Of a DNA stretch of 64,000 nt, positions 1 through 11,719 are shown in pieces (within the stretch, counting starts at the first letter, position 1; every line of letters begins with the position of its first letter). The translations under genes and the position numbers were made by a program. Location of the stretch: the NCBI RefSeq assembly GCF_036321535.1, contig NC_087436.1, positions 123,072,001 through 123,136,000 on the forward strand. Reading direction: 5' to 3'. The notes below the pieces were generated by a model. That model was given only the letters and a program-made list of their open reading frames with translations. It had not been told where the DNA came from and did no database searches. The DNA is from Camelus dromedarius (taxonomy: Eukaryota).

Positions 1-420
1 GCATGGATGTCCCTGGAGAATGTCATTCTAAGTGAAGTAAGCCAGAAAGAGAAAGAAAAATACCATATGAGATCGCTCATATGTGGAATCTATAAAAAAA
101 AGAGAGAGAGAACATAAATACAAAAGAGAAACAGACTCATAGACATAGAATACAAACTTGTGGATGCCAGGGGGACGGGGGTGGGAAGAGACAGACTGGG
201 AGTTCAAAATTTGTAGATACTGACAGGCATATGCAGAATAGATAAACAAGATTGTACTGTACAGCACAGGGAAATACATACAGGATCCTGTGGTGGCTCA
301 CAGAGAAAAAGAATGCGACAATGAATGTATGTATGTTCGTGTATAACTGAAAAGTGGTGCTCTACACTGGAAATTGACACCACATTATAAAATGACTATA
401 ACTCAATTAAAAAAAAGTAA
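1..420 (+). mobile_element. LINE-1 3' end (ORF2 C-terminus and 3'UTR, A-rich tail); continues upstream of the window
   Basis: GCATGGATGTCCCTGGAGAATGTCATTCTAAGTGAAGTAAGCCAG...TACCATATGAGATCGCTCATATGTGGAATCT is the typical L1 ORF2 end. The 3'UTR ends ACTCAATTAAAAAAAA at about 401-417. Confidence 0.9.
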
Positions 421-439
421 AAACAAAACAAAAAAAAGA

Positions 440-606
440 ACAAGTTTCTTCTGTAGAGCACAGGGAACTATATTCAATATCTTGTAATAACCTTTAATGG
501 AAAAGAATATGAAGACAAGTATTTGTATGTCTATGCATGACTGGGACATTGTGCTGAACACCCAAAACTGACACATTGTAACTGACTGTACTTCAATTAA
601 AAAAAG
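440..606 (+). mobile_element. Second LINE-1 3' terminal segment (different subfamily)
   Basis: GCACAGGGAACTATATTCAATATCTTGTAATAACCTTTAATGGAAAAGAATATGAA...ACTTCAATTAAAAAAA closely resembles 33235-33376. Confidence 0.85.
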
Positions 607-2029
607 CCAGAATGGGCTCTTCTCCCAAGGACGCCTGCCTTTGTGATGGTCATGCCATGGTCACATGAGTGGACCGCAGCACCTGAGGCCCGGCTCCCTT
701 CTGGAGGCAGGATTCGGGAGGTGGCAGTGAACAGGCAGCCCTGGGGGGAATGACAGCTTCATCCCACCCTGCCTGGCCCAGCACGGGGAGGAGGGCTGTG
801 TCCAGCTCTGCACCCTCTGAGGGACAGGAGGGCGAGGGCAGGTGCTGGGACGCCCTGCTGCTCCACGAGGGGGCTATGTGTCTGCGCGGTGCCAGGCCAG
901 TAACTACTTTCTGCTGGAAGCATCTTTCCTTCCCGAAAATGAGCTCCATTGAGCACACATTCTGTCTCCTACAGGATTCCGTAAGAAGTGCCAAACTTCA
1001 CTTTCCGTCTCTGGGTGGCGCTTCGCGTGGCTGTTTGCGCGGGAGCCTGGTCCACCCTCGGCATCGTTCTTATGCTGGTTTCACAAAAATCACCCGGAGG
1101 ATTTCCTTCTTTTCCTCCCTTCCAAGGACGTTCTAAATATCAGTGAATTATCTGCTTCTTGAATATTTGAGAGGCTCCATCTGTGAATTCTTAAACGTGG
1201 TTCTCAGTTTCTGACAACACTTTTTTAGAAAATCTACTTCATTCAAGTTTTCAAATATGTAAGGATACAGTGTGACTGTACTCGCCGATCATTTTAATGT
1301 CCTTCCGACCTGCAGCTATTTCTCACTCGTTTTTCCTGGATTTGCACAGCTTTACGCATTCTTCCATCCTCTTGCCTGGAGTGGGCTGCCCATCCCTGTG
1401 CCCGGTGGGCCGCGGTCTGGAGCAGGGTGCACCAGGGATTTGCAGGATGGTAACCCCAAGGATCTTGCTAGACCGCAGCCTCGCTCTCCAGCTCCCAGAG
1501 ATGCAGTGACTGTGGTTTCGCCCGTGCTTTCCAGCTCGGGAGAAGGATTTCATGTGGGGTTTTTCCTCCTTGGTTTTCCAGTGGCATGTGCGACATAGCG
1601 TGTCTGCGCCTGGCTCTCACGACCACCTGGGGCTCCCTGACTGGGTGATGGTGGCGTGTGGCCATGTGCTTGTCTCCAGCCACTTGCAAGGGCCACAGCG
1701 GAGACAAGTGGGCAGCGTGGGCGCCTGTCCTATGAGGGGTGGGTGCAGGGGTCGGGTAGCTGGGCTGAACCCTATATGTGCTTACGAATGTGATTGCTGG
1801 TCCAGCCCGCTGGGACACCCTTCCCTCCACAGCCTGTGAGGGGCGCCCTCCCAGACCCCCCAGGAAGAGACATCATCACACTGAAAACATCTCCAGTCAA
1901 TGACCTTCTCGCTGTCTGGCACTCTCCTGGAATTTCTGGGACCCACAGCGAGGGTGGCCTCTCCCATCCTTATGTCACTGGGATCAGATCTCCTCTGACA
2001 TTCATTCTGCCACAGGAGTCTTAACTTTA

Positions 2030-4960
2030 CCCCAAAAGGAAAATAGAAAGAATTGTTGGAGTTTAAATTGGAAGTGTAATCCAGGTTGCCTACAATTATG
2101 GATTAACTTTGGAGTAACTGGCATCTTATGACAGTAAACCTGCCCCCCAAAGTCTAGTGTGTCTGTTCAAAGCCGTCACATTCCAGGAGACGACACGTCT
2201 ACACACAGGTGCTGCAGAGCTCTCTGCTGAAACGATTCCTGAATATTTTCCATTTTTACAATTATTGTAAATGGACTGTGGTCTCCACTTACGTTTCTAG
2301 CTTGTTACTAAAAGTATGGGGAAATTCTTAAAATCAACTTTTACCCAGAAATACTGCCTTTAGCCATTCTGCCGCAGGCCGTGACGGGCTGTGGTGGGTT
2401 CTCGCCAGAGTGCCGTGTGTGTCTTCGGTCCACGATCATGTCACCAGCAGAGAGGCGAGTGGGGAGAGAGAGTTTGTGTCTTCTCTCGTGGTGCAGGCTC
2501 ACCATTTCGCTTCCTCGTGCAGCTCAGTGCGGCCTCCGAAACCACGCGGCTGAGCGCTCAGCCAGGCCTGTGCGCTGTGCTCTTGATTCTCCATGAGGAG
2601 ATTCACCCACTCGTCATTTTTATTTGTTTTCTTCTGCAGTTGCAGCATTTATCTTCATTGCCTCTTTCTGCCTGTCTTATTTTGGATTGCGTGTTATTTT
2701 CTTTTAGCGTTTTTTAAAAGATAATAATGAAGTTCCTATCCTTTCTGTTTTCCTTCTTTAAAACTGAAGGTTAAGAGTTTTCTTCCCAAACCAGTTTTAG
2801 CCACGGATCCTAAGTTTAGATATAAAGTTATTTTTCATTGCTTTCCAGCATTTTTACAGCTTCAGTTTTTTATTTCCCCTCAATCTAAGGGTTAATTAGG
2901 TGCATGTTTCTAAAACTGAAACTTACAAAGTTAGGGTTTGGTCGTCTCTCTGGTGGTTTGTTTGTGGTTTGACTGGGTGATGATCAGCAGGACGGTCTGC
3001 GCCGTGTCTCTAGCGTCTGTTTTGCTAGGGACTCCGGTCAGTTTGGTTGCGGTGTGACGTAGGCATGGCAACTGCTGCCCAGTTCAAGGTCCCTTTCTGT
3101 GCGTTCCGACTGTCTTGCGGCCCCTTTGCAGTCCGCCTGCCGTCTGCCCTGGGCCCCGATGTGCTTGTGGTCACCATGCACTGATTTGCTCTTCTGTGTA
3201 TAGAAATGAAATCGTATCATTTGTGCTTGGCTTTTTTCACATGTAAAGATGTTGAGATTCTTCCAAGTTGCTGCGAGCATCAGTGCACCTGCGTGGACGG
3301 ACCACCATTCACCTGCTGATGGACACGGGGGTGGCTCTGGTGTGGGCTTTTACAGGTTAGGCTGCTCATTCCCGTGGCCGGTGGTTAGTGAACTTACGTT
3401 CCCGTTTCTCTTGGGTAAATGTCTAGGAGTGGGGTTGCCGGCCACGCAGTGGGTGCCATGTAACTTTGTAAGAAAATGCCAAACCGCTCACACCACTTAC
3501 CTGCCCACCAGCAGTGGCCGAGGGTGCTGGCCGCTCCAGGGCCTCCCAGCACTTGCTGTGGTCCATCTCCCTCGCCGTTGACGTTTGAGTAGCCGTGCAG
3601 TGGTGCCGCCCGTGACTGTGTTTGTGTCCTTAGTGGCCCCTCACGGGGACCGGCTCTGTCTGTCACAGCCAGCGCATCTCTTCCGTGCTCAGCTGTCGTG
3701 TGTAGCTCTTCTCTGGTGAAATGTTCAAATCTTCTATTTGAAAATCAGGTGTTTCGTGTTCTTGTCGCTGAGCTGTGAGAGCTCCTCATGTATTCTGGGT
3801 AAGGGCCCTCTGTCGAATGCATGGTTTGCAAATATACTCTCTCAGACTAGCTTTTTCTTTTCTTTTTTTCTAACAGTGTCTTTTGAAGAAGGAAAGTTTT
3901 TAATGTTGGTGAAGTCCAATTTATCAAATTTTTCTTTCAAGGTTCATGCTTTTTGTCACCTGTGTAAGGAATCGTTACCTAAGTCAGGGTCACGAGGAGT
4001 TTTCTCTTGTGCTTTCCTGTGGAAATGCTGCCCTTTTGGTTTTCACATCACGTCTGTTACTGAGCCCCACGGAAGGCGTGCGGCAAGGGGAGAAGCTTGC
4101 TTGTTTGCTTGCATGGGAATCTCTCCTTATTTCAGGGCCACTTACGAAAAGACTGTCCTCTCCTCACTGAAATATCTTTGCAGCTTTGTCAAAAAGTCAA
4201 TTGGCCACGTATGAGTGGGTCTATTTCTGGACTGCCTGTTCTGTTCCGCGGATCCAGATGTCAATTCTTTGTCAATACCATGTTGTCTCAACTGCAGGAA
4301 ATCTTGAAAGCAAGCACCGTTAAGTCCTCTGAAGTTGTTCTCCGTCTGCAGAGTTGTTTCATCTGCTCTAGATGTTCTGCCATTTCCACATACATTTCAG
4401 AATCAGGCAGTAAATTTATTCAAAAGAGCCTGTTTGCATTTTGTTTGGGATTGCACTGAATCTATAGATCAGTCAAAAGTCCCCGATTGCATGGCAGGGA
4501 TGAGCCCGTGAACACGGTGTATCTCTCTGTTCTTTCAGGTCGTTTTAATTTCTGGCAACAATTCTGTAGTTTCAGGCAAAACAGGCTTGCACATCTATTA
4601 AACACACAGCCACAGACACGTCACGCTCTGTCAGGATTGCTCATGGCGCTGTCTGTAAATGTCACCCTCCAGCTGCTAGCTGCCGTGTATGGAGATCCGG
4701 GTGTTTGCTGATCGCGTAGCTTGTGGCCTTGCCAGAGTCACTCACTGGTTCCAACAGTGGTTTGTAGAGTCCTTCGAATTTCCTGCATAGATGGTACGTT
4801 GTTTGTTAATAAAGACAATTTTTGCTTCCTCTTCAATCTTTATGCTTCCATCCTTCTCTTGCCTTAGTGCCACGGCCAGGCCCCCAGCACCAGGGAACTG
4901 GGAGCGTCCTTTGCTGAAGAGTGCTCAGTACTTCATCACAGACTGTGATGTTAGCCGTAG
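2030..4960 (-). mobile_element. Old, fragmented LINE-1 (L1M-type) segments
   Basis: T-rich antisense L1 text such as GAAGTCCAATTTATCAAATTTTTCTTTC, GGGTCTATTTCTGGACTGCCTGTTCTGTTCC and GGGATTGCACTGAATCTATAGATCAG. Boundaries are approximate. Confidence 0.75.
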
Positions 4961-5024
4961 GGCTTCCTAAGGTTTCGTTTGTGGCTGAGAACCTGACATC
5001 AGTCTCTTAAATTTTAAAAACTTA

Positions 5025-5095
5025 CTATTTGTCAAATATTCGCTGAGACCTACCAAGTGCCGGGCACTGTTCCAGGTGTGGGGAGTCCAGCTGTG
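5025..5095 (-). mobile_element. L2 3' end fragment
   Basis: CAAATATTCGCTGAGACCTACCAAGTGCCGGGCACTGTTCCAGGTG resembles the reverse complement of the L2 3' terminus. Confidence 0.55.
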
Positions 5096-5640
5096 GGGTT
5101 TCTGCATAACCTGCCCCCCAAGTAGGGGACTCGCTCCTGGATAGAAAGGTGCCCCCGCCCTGTCCTGCACTGGGGTCGTGCCCCTGCTGCTTCACCTGAC
5201 TGTTGAGGAGGCACTTGGACCTGCCACCCCGACCTGTGCGTTCCCCTCCACTAGTCACCCGAGAAGTGGAAGCTCAGAGAAGAGCGAGGGAAGGGACTGG
5301 GGCGTTGGCTCCCGCCCCTACCCCCTGCATGGTCAGCACAGGGCAGCTGCTGGACCCCAAGCCTCCCGCAGTTGGAAGCTTGGGCCCTGGCTGTCGGGGC
5401 GCAGTGGACATCCCAAGAACAGGTTCCACACAGACTGAGAGTGGCTCTGCAGCCTGCCCGCCAGTGGGAACGTACACCAGTCTGCTGCCCCTGGCCGAGG
5501 AGAGGCCATCCGGCCCTCAGCTCTCCCCTCGGCCTGCTGGGGCAGCTCCTCCCTTGGCCTCCTCTGCCTCCTCCTCTTGGGCCACGTGGGCCAGCCCAGA
5601 GGTCAAGCGGAGGCAGGACACGGATGCCGGGTCCGGGGTG

Positions 5641-5672
5641 GGGGCCAGTCCTGGGGCCAGTCCTGGGGCCAG
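5641..5672 (+). repeat. 12-bp tandem repeat (GGGGCCAGTCCT) x2.7
   Basis: Read directly: GGGGCCAGTCCT GGGGCCAGTCCT GGGGCCAG. Confidence 0.9.
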
Positions 5673-7459
5673 AAGGGTCAGCGCCTGGTGGAGCAGAGCT
5701 CAGCACACAGCTGGTGCTCAGTCAATGCCCATTTGCTCAGCAGGCCTGTGGCCCACGTGATGTGTTGGGGGAGCCAGATTTGGGCTCCAACCTGCCCTTC
5801 AGGGTGGCCCCTCCAGCCCCCACTGCAGCAACTACGCACTCCCTCCCAGGAGAGAGATGTGGGCGAGACTGAGTGGGAGGCAGGCACTCTCCTGAACGAG
5901 CTTGTTGGGGGGATTTGCATTAAGGGGTCCACCGATGCGCAGGTGGGGAGGGGCTGGATGGCGGGGCCCGTCCCTTCCTCCCCCTCCCAGCTGCCAGGGA
6001 CAGCAGCGCCGGGGGTGAGAGACTGCGGCCTCGTCACCTGGGACCTGCTGGAGGAGCCCGTCAATCGGCAGCTTGGTGTATGACCTACTTTCCCTTGAGT
6101 CACTGGCTCAAAAATCTGCTTTGCAAAGTTGTGCAGGCGTGTCTGAAACTAACTGTGAGGCTCTGGGTTTGTGTGAGAGTCTGTATCTGTGCCATTGGCC
6201 ACTGTCTGGGAAGGCTTCCATCCTCACCGTGACAGTGGTGGCAGGTTGGCCTTGGCCTTGGCCCCCCTCCGCAGTGGTTTCCGGCAGCTAGGAGGGCCCA
6301 CGTGGTGTAGGCATGGCCCAGCCTGACGGATGTCCAGTTTCAGCCCAGAGCAGTCAACCAAAAGTTGTTCCCTTCCCCCCACCAGCTGCTGGCCTTCCAC
6401 GATGGGGTGGCAGGGGCAGGGGGGTTCACTCCTGAGTCCCTGGCAAAGGCAGCATGTGGTGCAAATATCTGCAGGAAAGGGAGTTTCTCTGGGCTCGGTG
6501 TTGCGCGGGTCTGTGCCGTAACAGAGCAGGACGCAGCACCCGGAGCGCCACGGGCCTCAGAGTGGAAAAGCGGAGTGGTCACCGGTTCAGAGAGAAGCAG
6601 GCAGGACAGAGCTGGGGGCCCTTCCAAACACGGGCCTGTTCCCGAGCCTGGACTCAGCCAGCCTTGGGCAGCGCATGTGAGGGGTCGTCAAGGGTGAGAG
6701 GATAGAGGTGGGACCTTCGGAGCCCGTGCTGGGGTGGCAGGGAATAGACGGGAGGGCATAGCTGGGGGACACACACACAACCACAGCAGACACACAACCA
6801 CAGATGCACAACCACAGACAGAGACAGACACACAGACACAAACACAGAGACAGGATGGCAGGTGTGGGGAGCAGCCCAGCCTGTGCTCCCCTCACAAGGG
6901 AGCACCCAGGGTGACTGGATGGCTGGCTTCACCCCTACCGAGGGGTGTGGGTATGTGGGGGCTTCTGCGGGACCAGCTGCCCGGGGCTGAGATCACTGAC
7001 CCACAGCGCTAACCAGTGCGCTTCCCTCCCACTGCGATGCTGGCGGCCGCCGCTGTGCTCCCCAGGCACTAAGGGCCAGGGCTGCGCTCCGAGGCTGTAA
7101 TTACATGTCTTGTCCTGTGGGCTGAGCCACGGAGTGTGTCCGGGAGGTGTTTATTGTTGCCTGTGAATCAGGAGCTCATGAGGAAAGTGGTGGCTGGCAA
7201 GGCGGAGAAATTAGGGCCTTGCTGCCGTGACCAGAGCAGTTGCCAGCAGCTCCAGGCCAGCGGCCGCCCTGCCTGGCACACCCAGGGGCCCGCCACACGC
7301 CCGTCCTGGGCGCTTCTGGCCCCTCTGCCCCGCGGAGGCTGAGCCCCTGATGCACTCAGACTCAGAGACACACACCACCCTGTGGGGCCCACACACACAC
7401 ACAACCATGCAGATACACAACCACACACGCACAGCCACACACATATATCCACCCCTGGG

Positions 7460-7461
<2 letters not shown>

Positions 7462-7490
<29 letters not shown>
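7462..7490 (+). repeat. (CA)14 microsatellite; degenerate CA-rich blocks also at about 6769-6852 and 7366-7445
   Basis: Read directly. Confidence 0.95.
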
Positions 7491-7492
<2 letters not shown>

Positions 7493-7581
7493 CCGCGCTG
7501 CCCAGGGACAGAAAAGGGACGGGGCGGGTGGGGCAGGCTGCAGAGCTGGGGCCTGGCTGACTGGTGCCCTCCTGTGCCCAG

Positions 7582-7757
7582 GGGCCACCAAGGACATGGG
7601 GAAGATGCTAGGGGGTGATGAGGAGAAGGACCCCGACGCAGCCAAGAAGGAGGAGGAGCGGCAGGAGGCGCTGCGGCAGGAGGAAGAGGAGCGCAAGGCC
7701 AAGTACGCCAAGATGGAGGCGGAGCGCGAGGCCATGCGGCAGGGCATCCGCGACAAG
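7582..7757 (+). CDS. CPLX1: Complexin-1, internal coding exon (aa ~11-69; accessory helix and SNARE-binding central helix)
   Basis: Translates (G)[58 protein letters not shown]. Acceptor cccag| at 7581, donor |gtgggt at 7758; 176 nt. Confidence 0.97.
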
Positions 7758-10180
7758 GTGGGTGCCCCGCCCCCAGGACAGTCCCACAGGGCTCCCGGAG
7801 GAGGTGGCCTCACCACGGGAAGGAGCAGGAATGGTGAGGCCCCGTGCCCCCAGTGCCCACGTCTGTCACGCAGGCTCACCGGGATTGGGGTCTCCCAGGA
7901 CTGCCCCCAAGTGCCTGGAGGAGAGGCTGGCCCTGGGGGGAGGGAGAAGGCAGGGCTGCTGTGGCAGTGGGTCCACAGGCAGGCCCTGGGTGGGGGATGC
8001 ACCTGACCACCCATGGTAGGCCTCAGACCTTCCGAGGTTAACAACAAGGCGTGCGGGGAGCAGGTCTGTGGGCTGCAAGGTCTGGCTCGGGATGGCTGCA
8101 AGCTGGAGACCACGGTCTTTTCCAGAGTCACCTGGGTGACCGTCCCTTGTGCCCGGGGCAGCCAGAGCCTCGTGCCTGTCACAGGTGGGAAACCAAGGCC
8201 CAGGGCAGGGCGGGCGTGGGAGGCTGAGCTGTGCTGCAGGGGCATGTCTACTGCACAGCCTCAGTTGTCCGTCCAGCGGCTGGGTCAGAGGGTAAGAGAG
8301 GCCGGGAGAGGGCAGGCCTTGGGCAGCTGCTCTGGCCAGTCCAAGGTGGGCTGGAGTGGTGGGGTGAGGGAGCTGAGGGAGGGGCAGAGACATCGAGATG
8401 GGGAGGGGAGGGGTGAGGAGAGGGCTGGAGCAGCTGTGTTTGGAGCGCCTGTCCATCTGTCCATCTGTGTTCAACCACCCAGCTGGCCATGGCTTCACCC
8501 CACGTGGACACCCGGTGGGGAATCGGGAGGTGAACTTGTTGATTCCAGCTCTCAGGCCTCATAAACAGGTCACAAAGTGTGGACAGGCCTCGGATCCCCC
8601 TGGGGTGTGCAGGGTGTGGGGCTGTGGGGATGGCCTCCCCAGCACCCAGTGAGCCCCAACCCAGAGCCTTGGGAACTCTCCTGGGGCCCAGGTGTGGATG
8701 CGGCCTGGGCCCCGAGGCTAAGGTGGGGGCGGGTAGAGGCGGATTGTGCGCGTGTTCGTGTGACAGCACACTCGGCTCATTTTATCTTTAACGTGAAAGT
8801 GCCCCCGTCCCTCCTCTCTTCAAACCCTCCAGTGGCCCCCATTTCTTCCTGGGCCCCAGCCCCAGGTGCATGGTGACCTCTGCCCCCACGGCTCTGCTTG
8901 TAGGCCCCATCCCCCCCCCCCTTGCCACTGCCCCAGGGCCTTGGCACAGCTGCTTATCCCTGGAGCTCCCAGAGGCACCTCTCTCCCTTCCCCTCCCCAC
9001 CCCCTCCCTGCTTCTATTTTGCTCCCCCACCTGCCCTCCTTCAACACACTCATACTTTTTACCTGTTTGTTGGTCCCCACCCACTTGCCCCGGAAGGCAG
9101 GAGCTTTGTCTGCACTGGGCTGCTCCCATTGGCTGCGAGCTTTGACTGTCTGCGCTGGGCTGTTACCATTGGCTAACGCTGTCCTCCACCCTCTGGCTGC
9201 TGAGCTAGTGAATGAGTGATGAAAAGGCATCAGCTCCAGGGTCTTCTCTTTCTCAGGAGCACCTGGTGGGACTTTGGGCCACAGAGTGAGTCCCAGTGGG
9301 AGTGGGGGGGTTGCAGCTCCACGGGCAGCCAGAGGGCAGGGTGACCCTCACCAAACTTCCCCAGCCTGGGTCAGGTGATGGATCACATGCTTCTGGGGTG
9401 GCCACATGGAAATGCCCTCCAGCCTGGTGTCACTGGGGTCCCCTCACCAGGGGTCCTACTTCCCTAGACGAGCAACTCCCCACCTGGGGCCCCCTTGGGT
9501 GGGCTGACCACCTTCTGAACCCCCTCCAGGCCACCCCTCACCTGTGCCAGCTCCCAGAGGCGCCGTGGCCCCACCAGCCACAGAGGTCTTGTCCCTACCA
9601 GGCCTCAGTGTGCATATCCAGGGTTCTGGTCTTGCCCGCCCAGGGGGGCGCTGTGGTGTCTGCTGAGTCACTGCTAGAGCTGGGGTCAGAGCTGGGCCCC
9701 CACCCCACCCTGCAGGTCACTTCTCCTGCTGTGGTGGGACTAAGCAGGCAGGACTAGTCGGCCTACAGGGAAAGTGTGGGGTGTGCTGGGGAGCACACAG
9801 ACACCACAGAGTTGAGTCTGCCGGGTGGGGGCCCTTCCTGGGTGGCCACCGACCTCAAGGAGGTGGCAGTCGCCCGGCCAGACGTGGGGTTGTGCAGGGA
9901 AGAGAGGGCGATGCTGATCACCCCCTGCAACCCCATCTCCTTATGGACCAGGAGCGTCCTATATGTTCTGGATGCCTGAGCCCGGGGAGCCCCACGTCCT
10001 TCTGGCCTCACCATTCCAGTCTCCAGAATCTAGTCCACCCCTCCGAGGAGCCTCCAGTTCATCAGAGAGCTGCCCACCCTGCCCCAGGTCTCGGGGAAGT
10101 GGGAGGAGAGGCTGCCCTGGTGGTGCAGGGTGGCCGCCAAATCTGCCCCCTTGCCCAGCTGTCTCGACCATGAGGGCGGG

Positions 10181-10195
10181 GCGCCCCCTGGTGGC
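10181..10195 (-). promoter_or_regulatory. CTCF consensus motif
   Basis: Plus strand GCGCCCCCTGGTGGC = minus strand GCCACCAGGGGGCGC, a perfect core match. Confidence 0.7.
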
Positions 10196-10680
10196 TGGTG
10201 CGGGCAGCTCAGCACCGGGCATCCCCTGCCCCCCATCCCCGATGCGCCCCCAGGCCCTGCCCCCGCGAGGTCCGCACCGTTCCCCGAAGAGCCCTCCTCC
10301 ACCTGGCATGCATAGGTAACCCCCCACTGCCTTCCCGCTCCACACAGGTGGGAACCCTGACCTTCAGGTGTGACTTCCCCAATGGCCCTCTCTGGCCCTG
10401 GGGTCCCAGACACACTTCCCCCAGCCCTCTCCAGGTGCAGCGTCCACTCACCCAGCTGTGCGGTACAGGGCCCCATCATGGTGGGAGACCCATCAAATGG
10501 AGGCTAGAGGGCTGGAGGGCCGGGCTAGAGTCACCCGTCCTCTGGGCGCCCGGCTCTCCAGGTGACCTAGTCTGCATTTGAGATTTCTCACCTCGGCGGG
10601 GGCTGGTGAGCTGAGCCTCCTCTCCCTAGACTGTCATGACGCACTGAGCGGGTCCAGGTGGGAGAGGACATTGGCCCACC

Positions 10681-10770
10681 TGTTTCATTTGCATACGCAC
10701 CGCCTGGTTTGCACACGCACTTCCTAATTTGCATAGCCACCTTCTGGTTTGCACGTGCACTGCCAGGTTT
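10681..10770 (+). repeat. Degenerate 20-bp tandem repeat carrying two perfect octamers (ATTTGCAT)
   Basis: TTTG recurs every 20 nt. ATTTGCAT at 10687 and 10727; GTTTGCAC at 10707 and 10747. Confidence 0.75.
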
Positions 10771-11439
10771 GGTGCTTTCAGTCGCCCCCATTCCGCAGCT
10801 TGGAGCCAGACCCAGCACCGAGCTGGTGGGTCCTAGTCGACCTGGCCCCCACTTCCCCCTGAGGTCACTCAAGACCCAGCCTGAGGTTTCTGCTGATACT
10901 AGCAGGTGGGGGAGTGACTGCCGATTATTCGTTGTTTGGTCACACTACTGATTCTCACAGTCCTTAGTGCCGTGTTGCCATAGGTCACTGGCTGCCCTGG
11001 GCTTCCTCTCAGCCATGGGCTGTGCAGTGGAGCCCTGCCGTCTCAGTGGTCAAGGACCACTCTGGTCAAACCACATCAGAGCAGGCTCTGAGAAGGGCCC
11101 TAGGTCAGGAGCCCCACCCGGGCAGAGAAAGGTGACCCTCAGGTCTGCCCCGCGTGGCCTTAACCTCGGAATGACTTTGATCCTGAGTGGAGTGACTGGC
11201 CTGTGGTCTAGGGTCTCCTTCCTGGACCCCAGAGGGAAGGACTCTGACACAGTCCCTCCCCAACCCCCTGAGTTGCTTCCCTGGTCAGGGAGGTCCCTCT
11301 GCGTGATCATACACCACACGTTCCTGCCCTTACATGCGTGTCTTGCTGTCACTCCCCTGCTGCACCAGCACCACGTGTTCTCCTGAGTGGGGGCAGTGAG
11401 TGTGAGTGCAAGCTTTGGCAAGCACAGGCGCCTGAAACC

Positions 11440-11719
11440 TGGAGGGAGAAGACTTCCTTGTCTTTTCTAGCCGCTGGGGTTCTGGCAGTCTGAGAGTCTT
11501 TGGCTCGTGGCAATGTCCAAACCCTTCCTCTGTTTCCATTTTCTGCTCTGTGTCCTTTTCTTTCTCTTACAAGGAAACTCTCATTGGATTTAGGGCCCAG
11601 AAAGATCTCATCTCTACTCTTACCTTAATCACACCTGCAAAGACCCTATTTCCAAATAAGGTCACATTCTGGGTTCCAGGTGACATGAACTTTTGGGGAA
11701 CAACACCATTCAATCCACT
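11440..11719 (-). mobile_element. MaLR LTR fragment (MLT1-like)
   Basis: CTCTTACAAGG...ATTGGATTTAGGGCCC...CTGCAAAGACCCTATTTCCAAATAAGGTCACATTC...ACACCATTCAATCCACT is a typical antisense MLT1 sequence. Confidence 0.85.

Noticed and set aside
1..7581. CPLX1 start-codon exon (MEFVMKQALG)
   Set aside because: Not found by eye in the window; it must lie upstream, so this stretch is intronic.
7211..8245. 344-aa minus-strand ORF and 259-aa plus-strand ORF (7227-8006)
   Set aside because: These are the antisense shadow and the intron read-through of the CPLX1 exon in GC-rich DNA. Only 7582-7757 has splice sites and recognisable protein sequence.
9647..9667. RE1/NRSE (REST)-like sequence GGCGCTGTGGTGTCTGCTGAG
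   Set aside because: The ends match, but the central CC and GG core positions of the RE1 consensus do not; too weak to call.
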